DNA of 56,620 bases. It comes from a virus. The first letter of the stretch is position 1, and each line of letters starts with the position of its first letter. A program made the translations under genes and the position numbers. The notes beneath the pieces are model-generated. The model was not told where the DNA came from and made no database searches. It worked only from the letters and a program-made list of their open reading frames with translations. Positions 18,903-27,852 of the stretch are shown piece after piece. Where the stretch lies: the IMG/VR virus record IMGVR_UViG_3300031566_000038. One strand, written 5' to 3'.

Positions 18903-19910
18903 TCACACCAAACACACAGGGAAAATGTAATTCAAATCTAAAGACGCTCCACCAGATTCCAGCCCGCCTTTGTAGTAGACCATCCGCTCGTTAGCCGACA
19001 TCATTCCTTTGTCCACAGCAAAAAGCTTGGTGTGGTCTTCGAAAGCCTTGGGGAACATATTTATCTTGTACGTCCGCTCTGAATTCTCATTGTAGATTTG
19101 GTCTACATCATCAACACCGTCTACTACAGCATCACCAATGTCTACATGCTTCATCTCCAGAGTCATCGTATCGGTTAAAGACACGGTGAGCATAGCCCCG
19201 TCGGATTTCTTCGGTATCATCCCTACCAAAGGTTTGATAGCGGTAGCCAAAGATTTAGGCACAAAGGTACAAGAAGTTTTAGCTTGGAACTTAGAGAAGA
19301 TCGTATCAAAGTCCGAAGAGCTTTGGTTGATACCCGCTGAATAAATCTCAAAAGTTTCATTCCTAAACATCGTTTGGAACTTACTCACACCAATCTGGAT
19401 AGGTGTGTCATCCGTGATGCTACCTTTGCCGTACAAACAATCAAGCAGATACTTAGGCGCTTTGACATCGAAATCTTTGGTCACTACTACATCCGAGGTG
19501 ATCTTCGCCAAGGAATATTGATCGTCCGCTGACATCGTGAGGTGACCTTTTTCGTTGCGAAACCGCACCGGCATCAAATCTTTCTTCTCGTCGTGGAAGG
19601 CAAAAGGGATGCTAAGGTACTTGGTAGCCGCTGCCAACACCCCGTATGGGATAGTGATCGCATCCATCCCCTCGGGAATATCTTCAAACTCTGGTCTAGG
19701 CACCGCTACCCGCAAATGGGTGGTGAGCCGACCGTTTACCAGCTTAAGCTCTGACTTTTCATCTTGCCAAGACAATACTACATCTTTTCCAGCCAAGCTG
19801 ATATTCATCAACACAGTCGGATCGAACGAATAGTCGGTGTTACCCGTGCCGTGGTGAGTCGCTGACGCTGGTTTGGCCGACACCAAAGCGTTGTCCGTCA
19901 CCATTATCAT
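18903..19910 (-). CDS. hypothetical protein (possibly sliding-clamp-like); start uncertain
   Basis: The full ORF runs to 20075 but would overlap the upstream gene by 155 nt. An internal ATG at 19904-19910 has an AGGA RBS. The position next to the helicase module suggests a replication role. Confidence 0.45.
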   Translation of the reverse strand: MIMVTDNALVSAKPASATHHGTGNTDYSFDPTVLMNISLAGKDVVLSWQDEKSELKLVNGRLTTHLRVAVPRPEFEDIPEGMDAITIPYGVLAAATKYLSIPFAFHDEKKDLMPVRFRNEKGHLTMSADDQYSLAKITSDVVVTKDFDVKAPKYLLDCLYGKGSITDDTPIQIGVSKFQTMFRNETFEIYSAGINQSSSDFDTIFSKFQAKTSCTFVPKSLATAIKPLVGMIPKKSDGAMLTVSLTDTMTLEMKHVDIGDAVVDGVDDVDQIYNENSERTYKINMFPKAFEDHTKLFAVDKGMMSANERMVYYKGGLESGGASLDLNYIFPVCLV

Positions 19911-19920
19911 CCTAAAGGGT

Positions 19921-20853
19921 TCAAACGTGAAGGTTATTGTCGGCTTTTTCACACTGAAAGCGGCGAATTTTGCGAACGTCTTTAGTGTCTCCCTGAATTC
20001 CTTGGCGTTGAACATTACCGTGGTGCTCATATATCCCCCCTGATGGCTCGTCGTAATAACAGAACCGCAAAACATCTAGCAAAAATTCAATAGAATTTTG
20101 CAATGATAACCAATCCGCAACAGAACCGAAACCAGAATCCCTAGTGTAATCCATCCTAAGTTCATAAGTGGTTTGCAAAGAACGATACGCTAAGAAGAAT
20201 CTTTCTTGAGCCTCGTGTAAAGATTTTCTATTTTCTACCTGCAATATTTCATTCTGGTGGTGGTCTATAAAGACAGAAGCTAAGTTCTTCAAGCTCAACG
20301 CCACCGACATCCCAGAAAAATAAGTCTTCTCATTCACCAAACCACTCGGCATTAAACTTTGCTTCGAGGTCGGGAAGACTACTACAGCGTCGGTGCCAGT
20401 CAAAAATTCTAACTTCATCTTAACATTCCGCAACCAAGTCTTGGCCAAGGTCTTCACCGATGTCAAACCCGTTAGCTCCTTTAGCTCTGTGAGCGCACCA
20501 TCCGATCCACAAAGCCGGAAGTCCGGGTGGATGGGCCGTAGGTATCTCAGATAACTACGAAGCTCTGAGGCGATAGGGCTAACCTTGATGAAAGCATCCA
20601 CCCCACGCAAACCATCTTCTATTTTTTGTAAGATAAAAATAATCTGCGTGGCTATCCCGTTGTGTAAGATATCATCTTTAGAAATCCCGTAGTCAAAACA
20701 GATATCAGGATGTTCGTTTTCTAAAAAAGCTATTACATCCCCCACCGTGGTAGTGTCGGTGAAGGCGTCGAGATTAGGCACGGGCAAATAAATCCCGTCG
20801 TTGATCGCTTCGGCGTAACCTATGGCCCATATAGCTGTGTAGTAGGGTATCAA
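19921..20853 (-). CDS. hypothetical protein (replication module)
   Basis: 310-aa ORF immediately downstream of the DnaB-like helicase. Confidence 0.55.
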   Translation of the reverse strand: MIPYYTAIWAIGYAEAINDGIYLPVPNLDAFTDTTTVGDVIAFLENEHPDICFDYGISKDDILHNGIATQIIFILQKIEDGLRGVDAFIKVSPIASELRSYLRYLRPIHPDFRLCGSDGALTELKELTGLTSVKTLAKTWLRNVKMKLEFLTGTDAVVVFPTSKQSLMPSGLVNEKTYFSGMSVALSLKNLASVFIDHHQNEILQVENRKSLHEAQERFFLAYRSLQTTYELRMDYTRDSGFGSVADWLSLQNSIEFLLDVLRFCYYDEPSGGIYEHHGNVQRQGIQGDTKDVRKIRRFQCEKADNNLHV

Positions 20854-22182
20854 TCAAGACCTCAGTTCCGGCATCGAAGGTACTTTTTTCCTAGATTTCC
20901 TAGGCTTTTCTTCCTCTTCATCTTCCAACGGGCTTGGGCCGAAGTAGTCTTTGAAGGTAAAGGTCGTGAAGTCTTTTTCCAAGTAGAAGTTGTACACCGG
21001 AGCATTACGAGCTTTAAGATGTCTTATATTTATCAGCCCAGCTTCTCGTTCTTTTTCTCCGTGGTCCCACACCCATACAAAGTTCGCATTGGCTTGGATC
21101 GCCTTCGAATACTTGAGCTTGTTACCTTCATCGTCGTATTGCGCCAAGAGTACCACAGCCGCATTCAAGTTGTTGGCCGCTAATTTAGCGTGGCGGGAGT
21201 GATCGCCTAAGATTTCCCACATCGCTTTTTTAGGATCAGTCGGCTTCAAAAGACTGATGTAGTCGATATAGATCACATCGTAATTCATCGGCTTAAGCTC
21301 TAAAGCTATCTGTGGGATGGTAAGCTCCCTCGACGGCGTCCAGATAGTCAACCTATTGTCCGAAGGCGTTTGGGATAAGAAATCTTTGAATCTGCTTTTG
21401 ATTAGATCTATATGTTTAGAGGTCAACCGCTTCAAGTTGATCTTAGAGTGCTCGATCCGTGATTGCGTCGATAACATCCGGTACCGAAGTTCGATCTCGT
21501 CCATTTCATAAGACACAAAACAAACATTATAACCTAATTCGTATTGAGCGGTGGCCATGTTCAAAGCCAAAGCTGACTTCCCGCCCCCAGGCACCGAAGC
21601 CATCACCAACACATTCTTGCGGTGTAGGCCCCCAGAGCGGTCGTCAAAGACCTTCAACCCAGTCTTCAATAGATCATCGTCGTTGGTGTCGGCTAGCTCG
21701 GCTCCGATCTTTTCTACGATCTTGTCAGCATCCGCCTTAGTGTAGTGAACCATCTCGGTGGAGTCGTTGGTGGTATGGCAGCTTTGCAGCATGTTCTCCA
21801 CGTTGCTCACCACTAGGTCCACGTCTACGTTGGTGCCGGACATCACCTCCATCGTGTGGGCCATAGCCGCTGAAAGGATTCTAGCCTTGCGGTGCTGTAC
21901 TAGGTTCTCTATCGCCGCCTTGATATTCCCGGCGTCTAGGCTATTGGGTTGGTTCAAAAGGCTACGGGCTTCCTCGGATAGCGTTTGGTCGTTGCGGAAG
22001 ACCTCACTAGAAGGAATTTCTTTGCCCACGTTCATAATCGTGATGACCCTGCGGTAGATTTCTTGGGCCGGGGCGTACCCGAAGTAGTCTTCCTCGACTT
22101 GACCCAACAAAGCACCCCGGTTCGGGGCGTCCAACAAAGCCCGGATTACCTGGACCTCAGTCGTAGCATCGACAGTTTTCAT
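20854..22182 (-). CDS. dnaB: DnaB-like replicative DNA helicase
   Basis: TGLKVFDDRSGGLHRKNVLVMASVPGGGKSALALNMA matches the DnaB C-terminal box (GxLD...GG...G.GKS/T...ALN.A). An FVSYEMD stretch matches motif H1a; RecA-like core. Confidence 0.7.
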   Translation of the reverse strand: MKTVDATTEVQVIRALLDAPNRGALLGQVEEDYFGYAPAQEIYRRVITIMNVGKEIPSSEVFRNDQTLSEEARSLLNQPNSLDAGNIKAAIENLVQHRKARILSAAMAHTMEVMSGTNVDVDLVVSNVENMLQSCHTTNDSTEMVHYTKADADKIVEKIGAELADTNDDDLLKTGLKVFDDRSGGLHRKNVLVMASVPGGGKSALALNMATAQYELGYNVCFVSYEMDEIELRYRMLSTQSRIEHSKINLKRLTSKHIDLIKSRFKDFLSQTPSDNRLTIWTPSRELTIPQIALELKPMNYDVIYIDYISLLKPTDPKKAMWEILGDHSRHAKLAANNLNAAVVLLAQYDDEGNKLKYSKAIQANANFVWVWDHGEKEREAGLINIRHLKARNAPVYNFYLEKDFTTFTFKDYFGPSPLEDEEEEKPRKSRKKVPSMPELRS

Positions 22183-22224
22183 TTACTTACCTCACCTGAT
22201 TCAGTCACCTAAGACTTTTAACGA

Positions 22225-22824
22225 TCAGGTGAAGTTCTGGTGAGAAGTTTTCGCTAGCTGCCACACAATATCAGGATTGTTACCCAGCTTTTCGACTACA
22301 AACTTCATGATGTTGGGGGTCGTAGCTATAATGATTGTAGTAGCGGATTCGGTGCGGCGGATGAAGTCCTTGGCGATCTCCAACTTTTTAAGCTCGGTTT
22401 GTTCGGACAACCCGTGGATCACAGCCAAGTCACATTCTTCTGTAGATTTTAAGAAGTCCCAGTCCGGGTGACCTAAGTCGATCCACTTGACTAAACCCAT
22501 ATCACCTTGGGAAAATTGGAAGTTGAAAAACTCCCGGCTGACCAAAGTAGCTAACTCGTAACCCGCTTGCTCCGTTGGGTAAGAACCTACTACATATAAA
22601 CCTGGGCCGCCGAGAGCATCGATGTTTTCTAAGACATCGCTCAAGGCGGCGGATTGACTTTTAGGGTTGATGATAAAAGTTCCCTTGGCCGCTTGCACCG
22701 AAGTCGTGACGAAATGGAGTTGGGCCGGGGTGATCTTCTTTTTCAGATAGGTAATAGGAGCCCCAGACAAGGCTAGAAGCCGGTCGCTTTTCGGTAAACC
22801 GTAGAACTTACGACCTCTAGCCAT
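22225..22824 (-). CDS. hypothetical protein
   Basis: 199-aa ORF between the vWA gene and the helicase. Confidence 0.5.
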   Translation of the reverse strand: MARGRKFYGLPKSDRLLALSGAPITYLKKKITPAQLHFVTTSVQAAKGTFIINPKSQSAALSDVLENIDALGGPGLYVVGSYPTEQAGYELATLVSREFFNFQFSQGDMGLVKWIDLGHPDWDFLKSTEECDLAVIHGLSEQTELKKLEIAKDFIRRTESATTIIIATTPNIMKFVVEKLGNNPDIVWQLAKTSHQNFT

Positions 22825-22852
22825 AAAGGAACACCTTATTATTCTGCTACAT

Positions 22853-24991
22853 TCAGAGATCTACAATAACTTCTCTTACACCGAACGTAAAGTTCTTTCC
22901 ATCCACGTCAAGGACGCTGTCTTCTCGGCTGTCGAATTCGTCGAACCACTTAGAAGCCAGTAGAATAGCGAACTTGGTTCTTTGGATGTGCTTACGATTT
23001 TTCAAAAGCTCATGATTCTTATACTGAATCAAGTCATCCAAGATCGCCAGCTTGACTTTGTCCGATCCCTTGGCCTTCTCAGCCAGCACCAAACCTTCGT
23101 TCACCAAAGCTCCGGTTACCGTCAGCTTTTTGCCGCCCACTAAACGATTTCGCACATCCTCGATCTTAGGCAAGCTAGAATGGCCTTTGACCTTCACGGT
23201 GAATTCTTTGGCGTGGTAGTAGTCTTTGGCTTCGCCTTTCACCATCGGTGGGGCGTAACCGTTCTTGCCGATGCCATTCTCTTTCAAAAATTCCGCTTGG
23301 GCTGGGGTCAACATCTCAGGCTTGGCATCGTCGCCTTCGATCTCTTTTTTGACGAACTTCAACGCTTTAAGGTGCGCTTGAGTCACGATCTCTGAGTAGA
23401 CTTGGCGGCACATCGTAGTAGCTGACGTGTACCCGTCGGCGATAGCTCGGTTGATAACCGGGATGCTCTCTAACACTAAGATGTCGGTGCCGTCTTCCGC
23501 CGTTTCAATCATGTTGATGTCGTTGAAAAACTTCCTCGTGGCCTCAGAAAGCTTCACAGGCAGCTTCTTGATGTTTAAGAACCCGTCCTTCACCAAAGCA
23601 TAGTTCCGGTAAACAAACGTCGGGTACTCTTTTTGGAAGCCAACCCCGGCGAAACCATCTTTCAATTCGATCGTACCTTTGATCGTAGCCCTTACCGACA
23701 AATTCAGCTTCTTTTGATTCCAAGTCAAAGCTGAGATAGGGCACGTCGGGTTGTCTTCCGCTTGGAACTTGGCGTAACCCTCTTCCGGTTGTGAAGCTAA
23801 ACCGATCTTCCGATAGTTGAATTCCTTGTGCCGTGGCAAGAAGTAATTCTCTTCGTCACCCATCAACACGTCTAAGGCGTCTAACAAGCAAAAAGCATCC
23901 CTGGGCGGCAGGTAGTTGGTGTTGCGGCCCTCGGCGAACCTAGCCTTGGTGTGGGTGACCGCTCGCTTGATCTTACCTTCAGCTTGGCCAAACTCTTCTA
24001 GGGTGTAAGCGTTGTTGACCCGGTTGATCAAAGCTACGTCGCCCACGGTTCCTAAGATCTCCAAAGCTTCATCCGACTTGGCCTTCTGGGTGAGAAGCAA
24101 AGCCGAAGCGTAAGCCCCTTTCAAAAGGGGATCTTTCGACTCCTTGGTGAGCGTAACTTCAGTCGCTCCCTTGGGCGCAGCTTTGGTCAACACGTAAACC
24201 TGGGAAGCTGACGACTTGTTCGGGCTTAGGATCACGGTGTTGTCAGGAGAAACGAGATACGAATTCACCGCCCCGCCGTTCAAAGAAAAGACCACGTCGC
24301 TTTGTTGGGTGTCGGTGATAAGATCAACCTTCACCTTTTTCGCTACGTCGGTGGTGCCTTGGAAAAATTCAGATAGCTGGGTTTGGTACTCGCCCAAAGA
24401 AGAACAATGCGTCAACGAACCGCCGATCCCGTTAGCCATATCGGTCATCAACGCCTTGTTGTAGTAGTTACCGTAACCGATGAACAAACCCGCTGTGACC
24501 TTGTTCTCGATCGCTTTCAAAGCCTTGTGGATGTTCTCGATCTCTTTGGTGCGGTTAGACACCACAGGGTAGCCGTCAGTGAAAAAGGATAGCGTCACGT
24601 TGTCTGAAAATACCGCTAAGTCATTGATAACTTGGTCGGTGTCAGCCAAAATCTCCGAGAAGCAAGTACAACCCACAGGCGTCAGATTAGAATTCACCGC
24701 CTTCTCTAAAGCTTTGTAGTCGCCTTCTTCATTGATCTTGAATCCCTTGAGAATAAAATTCTTCTGCCCTTCACCGGAAAACCAACCCAAAGTCACCGTG
24801 TCACCAGCCGGTAATTCTTTGAGCTTGGTGATGATGTCTTGGCCTAAACCTCTTAGCTCGTAAGACATCGAATAAGATCTATCAAAAATAAGGATATGGT
24901 TGGTTGAAACCGGTGCCGCCTTAACCTTCGACAAAGCAGGCACGGTCTGTTCTACTAATACTAGATCGTCTCGGATTTTCAAATAACGCAT
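22853..24991 (-). CDS. von Willebrand factor A (vWA) domain protein with intact MIDAS
   Basis: 712 aa. MIDAS elements ILIFDRSYSM (DxSxS), PVGCTCFSEIL (Thr) and TLSFFTDGYP (Asp) lie in the N-terminal ~200 aa. A ~500-aa C-terminal region is unrecognised. Confidence 0.7.
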   Translation of the reverse strand: MRYLKIRDDLVLVEQTVPALSKVKAAPVSTNHILIFDRSYSMSYELRGLGQDIITKLKELPAGDTVTLGWFSGEGQKNFILKGFKINEEGDYKALEKAVNSNLTPVGCTCFSEILADTDQVINDLAVFSDNVTLSFFTDGYPVVSNRTKEIENIHKALKAIENKVTAGLFIGYGNYYNKALMTDMANGIGGSLTHCSSLGEYQTQLSEFFQGTTDVAKKVKVDLITDTQQSDVVFSLNGGAVNSYLVSPDNTVILSPNKSSASQVYVLTKAAPKGATEVTLTKESKDPLLKGAYASALLLTQKAKSDEALEILGTVGDVALINRVNNAYTLEEFGQAEGKIKRAVTHTKARFAEGRNTNYLPPRDAFCLLDALDVLMGDEENYFLPRHKEFNYRKIGLASQPEEGYAKFQAEDNPTCPISALTWNQKKLNLSVRATIKGTIELKDGFAGVGFQKEYPTFVYRNYALVKDGFLNIKKLPVKLSEATRKFFNDINMIETAEDGTDILVLESIPVINRAIADGYTSATTMCRQVYSEIVTQAHLKALKFVKKEIEGDDAKPEMLTPAQAEFLKENGIGKNGYAPPMVKGEAKDYYHAKEFTVKVKGHSSLPKIEDVRNRLVGGKKLTVTGALVNEGLVLAEKAKGSDKVKLAILDDLIQYKNHELLKNRKHIQRTKFAILLASKWFDEFDSREDSVLDVDGKNFTFGVREVIVDL

Positions 24992-25145
24992 GGTGTCTCC
25001 AAAAGTAAATGTGTAACAGAACTCTCTTACATAATTTGTACTACATACGATTATTATCTACTACACATTTCTAACTTAAAAGTTCAAATGCTCTCACTTA
25101 TTTTTAAAGGTAGAGGATACAAAATTCAGGGGTGGGGGAAGAAAA

Positions 25146-25373
25146 ATGAAAGCTATTTTGGAATTTAATCTGGATGATATTTCGGATCGGTTAGCCCACA
25201 AAAGATGTGTAAACGCTACCTGCGCCTACCTCGCTCTTTTCGAGGTAAACGAAAAGCTTCGCCAAATAAACAAGTACGGTGACGGTAACGACAAGGTTGA
25301 TGTAGGCGAGCTTAGAGAGATTATTTTTGATATCTTTGATGCTAACGGCGTAAACCTAGATGATTTGGAATAA
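25146..25373 (+). CDS. hypothetical protein
   Basis: 75 aa. GGGGGAAG RBS; first gene after an AT-rich divergent region. Confidence 0.4.
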   Translation: MKAILEFNLDDISDRLAHKRCVNATCAYLALFEVNEKLRQINKYGDGNDKVDVGELREIIFDIFDANGVNLDDLE

Positions 25374-25376
25374 AGA

Positions 25377-26294
25377 ATGGCCTATATATTAAGGGTTAAA
25401 ATTATCGGGGTGGCTAACGAAGCCGGTGACGTGGCGGTCAATATGCAATGCCATCTGACCGACACCGCTGGGGTGCCTTTCACTAACACCGCTGGGGTGT
25501 TGGACGAGTTCGTGGTAAGAGCCCCGAAGTCTTCTGATCCCGGCACCGGTCGCCTAGCGTACCTCACCGGCCTAGCTGAAGACGCTATCGCTTTGAAATA
25601 CGACGTGTCGTTGGCTGCGGACGGCTCCGACGGCTCGGACGTATTGACGATGGCTACCACCGCTGTGGATCAGATCTTTTTGGGCCTTCTCGTGGACGGG
25701 CCGGGGGTCACCACCCCCACGCCTTTGATATCGGTGTTGTCTACTACAGATGTCTTACTGACCGATACTTTGACCTTGGAATACACCGGCGACACCATAA
25801 GTAATGAGATTGATGAAACCGGCGACGTGACCTTAGACGACAACACCATAACTTCGATGTCTTCTACGGCGGATGTCACCGCAGGGATGTTTGTGACTGG
25901 GCCGGGGATACCCGTATTCGCTTCGGTGGTGTCGGTGACCTCGGGTACGGAGCTAGTGATCTCGCAAAATGCGGTGTTGACCACCGGGTCGGCAGCTTTG
26001 GTTTTCACCGACAACCCCGAGTCAGAATTCTTAACTGCGGTGACCCCGGCTATCTTACAAGATAGCTACGTTGGTATGTCTATAGTAGGGGACGGGATAC
26101 CGGACGGGACTTTGATAGCCGAAGTTATTGCCACGGACGAGCTAAGGTTGTCGGCTTTGGCGACTTCTACCAATACAACTTCAGCTTATTCGATCGCTGG
26201 GACGGCTCCGTACTTTTTCGATACTTCCGGTTTGACGGTGGACTACACGGATCTGCAAAGGGTGCTGGATATAGTAGACTTTGATAACTTGTAA
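25377..26294 (+). CDS. Thr/Val/Asp-rich protein (possible structural)
   Basis: 305-aa ORF with beta-rich composition. Confidence 0.5.
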   Translation: MAYILRVKIIGVANEAGDVAVNMQCHLTDTAGVPFTNTAGVLDEFVVRAPKSSDPGTGRLAYLTGLAEDAIALKYDVSLAADGSDGSDVLTMATTAVDQIFLGLLVDGPGVTTPTPLISVLSTTDVLLTDTLTLEYTGDTISNEIDETGDVTLDDNTITSMSSTADVTAGMFVTGPGIPVFASVVSVTSGTELVISQNAVLTTGSAALVFTDNPESEFLTAVTPAILQDSYVGMSIVGDGIPDGTLIAEVIATDELRLSALATSTNTTSAYSIAGTAPYFFDTSGLTVDYTDLQRVLDIVDFDNL

Positions 26295-26305
26295 GAGGCT
26301 TTGAG

Positions 26306-26875
26306 ATGAACCACAAATTGATAGCAGCGTTGCACCGGGTAGTAGCCCAGGGCCTTTCGGGGCAACAGCTTTCCACTAGGCTACGGCAATTAGATAAAAA
26401 TTACGGCTTTTACGACAAGAGCCAACAAGCTTATTTGCAAAAGATCTACAACGATGCTTACCACGACGGGGTAGCAGCGGTGAATAAGGATGCCTTCACG
26501 GATTCCACCCATGTCACGTTCCAAGAAGTTAGGGACCGATTCGAAGATTACGTCAAAATCGACGAAGAAGATTGGGATTTCATAGCCCAAGTAGCGGCAG
26601 GCAACCAAGGATCGATAGATGAAATCTTGAAGCGCTCCGGCCAACCCGGTTTCGAGAACGACTTTGACTACGATCTATACGAAAAATACTACATCGATGG
26701 CTCTCGGAAGCTGGAAGAAGACGAAGACTACGCACCCAAGGAAGGGATCAAAGGTGAAAAGATCTTCTTCGTCTCAGATATGGCCTATTCCGATGGGGTT
26801 GGCAAACGGCTTTGGAAGTTAGCTTCCCAAACAATCAAAGAGCTAGCTGACGAATTGATGGAAGAAAAAGTTTAA
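26306..26875 (+). CDS. hypothetical protein
   Basis: 189-aa ORF with an acidic C-terminus. Confidence 0.5.
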   Translation: MNHKLIAALHRVVAQGLSGQQLSTRLRQLDKNYGFYDKSQQAYLQKIYNDAYHDGVAAVNKDAFTDSTHVTFQEVRDRFEDYVKIDEEDWDFIAQVAAGNQGSIDEILKRSGQPGFENDFDYDLYEKYYIDGSRKLEEDEDYAPKEGIKGEKIFFVSDMAYSDGVGKRLWKLASQTIKELADELMEEKV

Positions 26876-27035
26876 GAATCGGAAACCGAATACGCTTGAC
26901 AAAAACCCCGCACCGGTATTACTTTGAATACTCAACCAACGCCAAGGAGCGAACGTGCTACTTCACTACATTCAAATTAGCTTTATTAAGCCTAAGCGGA
27001 TGTTCTGAAGCGTTTCCTGTCTTAAAGATATTAAA

Positions 27036-27065
27036 CGCCTAAGAACATCTTTCTTAGGCGTTTTT
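27036..27065 (+). terminator. rho-independent terminator
   Basis: 10-bp perfect stem CGCCTAAGAA/TTCTTAGGCG, loop CATCT, then TTTTT. Confidence 0.6.
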
Positions 27066-27073
27066 GTATTTAA

Positions 27074-27146
27074 GCCAGGGTAGCTCAGTAGGTAGAGCAC
27101 TAGGTCGAAACCCTAGGTGTCAGCGGTTCAAATCCGCTCTTCGGCG
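27074..27146 (+). tRNA. tRNA-Phe(GAA), atypical acceptor stem
   Basis: Cloverleaf read by hand. D-arm GCTCAGTAGGTAGAGC; anticodon stem CTAGG/CCTAG with loop TCGAAAC (anticodon GAA); T-arm AGCGG-TTCAAAT-CCGCT. The acceptor stem GCCAGGG/CTTCGGC has one A-C mismatch and two G-U pairs. No encoded CCA. Confidence 0.5.
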
Positions 27147-27159
27147 CTAAATTATTTAA

Positions 27160-27231
27160 TGGGTAGTAGCTCAGTGGTAGAGCGCAAGTCTGATAAACTT
27201 GAGGTCGGCTGTTCAACCCAGCCCTACCCAA
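27160..27231 (+). tRNA. tRNA-Ile(GAT)
   Basis: Perfect cloverleaf. Acceptor TGGGTAG/CTACCCA; D-arm GCTC-AGTGGTA-GAGC; anticodon stem CAAGT/ACTTG with loop CTGATAA; T-arm GGCTG-TTCAACC-CAGCC. No encoded CCA. Confidence 0.8.
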
Positions 27232-27367
27232 CTATTTTTACTATGGAGGTCTTAAGAAAATGAATACTACGACAACGCTAAGGCAAACCGGTAAGTCCTT
27301 CAAGAAATCTACCAAAGAGATTCTTCTCAAACATAAATAGCCCTCTATACATAGTCTGATATCTTAT

Positions 27368-27456
27368 GGGCTAGTTGTCGCTAGTCCATCCTGCTGGAGA
27401 TGTAGAGCATGGCACTTTTAATGCCAGGGTCGCAAGTTCGAATCTTGTCTAGCTCT
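27368..27456 (+). tRNA. tRNA-like element, Lys(TTT)-type anticodon arm, aberrant D region (possible pseudogene or unusual tRNA)
   Basis: Acceptor GGGCTAG/CTAGCTC (6 Watson-Crick + 1 G-U). Canonical T-arm GCAAG-TTCGAAT-CTTGT. Anticodon arm TGGCA-CTTTTAA-TGCCA. About 16 extra nt, including the palindrome CTAGTTGTCGCTAG, sit where the D-arm should be. A T-run follows. Confidence 0.35.
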
Positions 27457-27487
27457 TTTTGTAAGATATTAAACGAAGGAATTCAAA

Positions 27488-27709
27488 ATGAAATATTATA
27501 AGCAATGTACTTTTAGGCAAGAAAAAACGGTCACCACGGCTTGGATAGAAGAGCGTGGGGCTAAGGTGGGTAAGAAGGTGAAGTTCAAAGATGCGGACAA
27601 CGACGATTGGTGGGACGTGATTTCGGTGGGGGAAGACCGCCGCCCGGAAACCGCCGTCAAAATTTCAGAGAGATCTTACCTACACCAAAGGTCTATGTCG
27701 GACATCTAA
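27488..27709 (+). CDS. hypothetical protein
   Basis: 73-aa ORF with an AAGGAA RBS. Confidence 0.4.
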   Translation: MKYYKQCTFRQEKTVTTAWIEERGAKVGKKVKFKDADNDDWWDVISVGEDRRPETAVKISERSYLHQRSMSDI

Positions 27710-27756
27710 CGCCTGGAAAAATCCCCTGGGGCAAAACAAAGAATTTTGCTTGTAAC
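27707..27756. repeat. ~50-bp repeated element, copy A (inverted relative to 34526-34576)
   Basis: ACGCCTGGAAAAATCCCCTGGGGCAAAACAAAGAATTTTGCTTGTAACC. About 96% identical to the reverse complement of 34526-34576. Confidence 0.7.
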
Positions 27757-27852
27757 CTTCCGATATAATAAAGCTCTACTGATCTACGTTAGTCGGGTAT
27801 TTTTGGGACTTCGCCAGGGTTACTTTTTTAGAAACGAACCTAGGGGGATGGG

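Noticed and set aside
18903-20075. Full-length 390-aa version of the clamp-like ORF starting at 20075
   Set aside because: It would overlap the upstream gene 19921-20853 by 155 nt. An internal ATG with an AGGA RBS just past that gene's stop is more plausible. The N-terminal extension cannot be excluded.
22853-24991. Calling the vWA protein a VPARP or TEP1 orthologue (vault accessory)
   Set aside because: Only the vWA/MIDAS domain is recognisable. No PARP, TROVE, VIT or NACHT signature was seen by eye, and the gene is ~20 kb from the MVP homologue. The idea is kept only as a speculative note.
26897-26925. TTGACA hexamer as a sigma70-like -35 element upstream of the tRNA cluster
   Set aside because: No acceptable -10 at a 16-18 bp spacing (TATTAC at 15 bp only), so not called.
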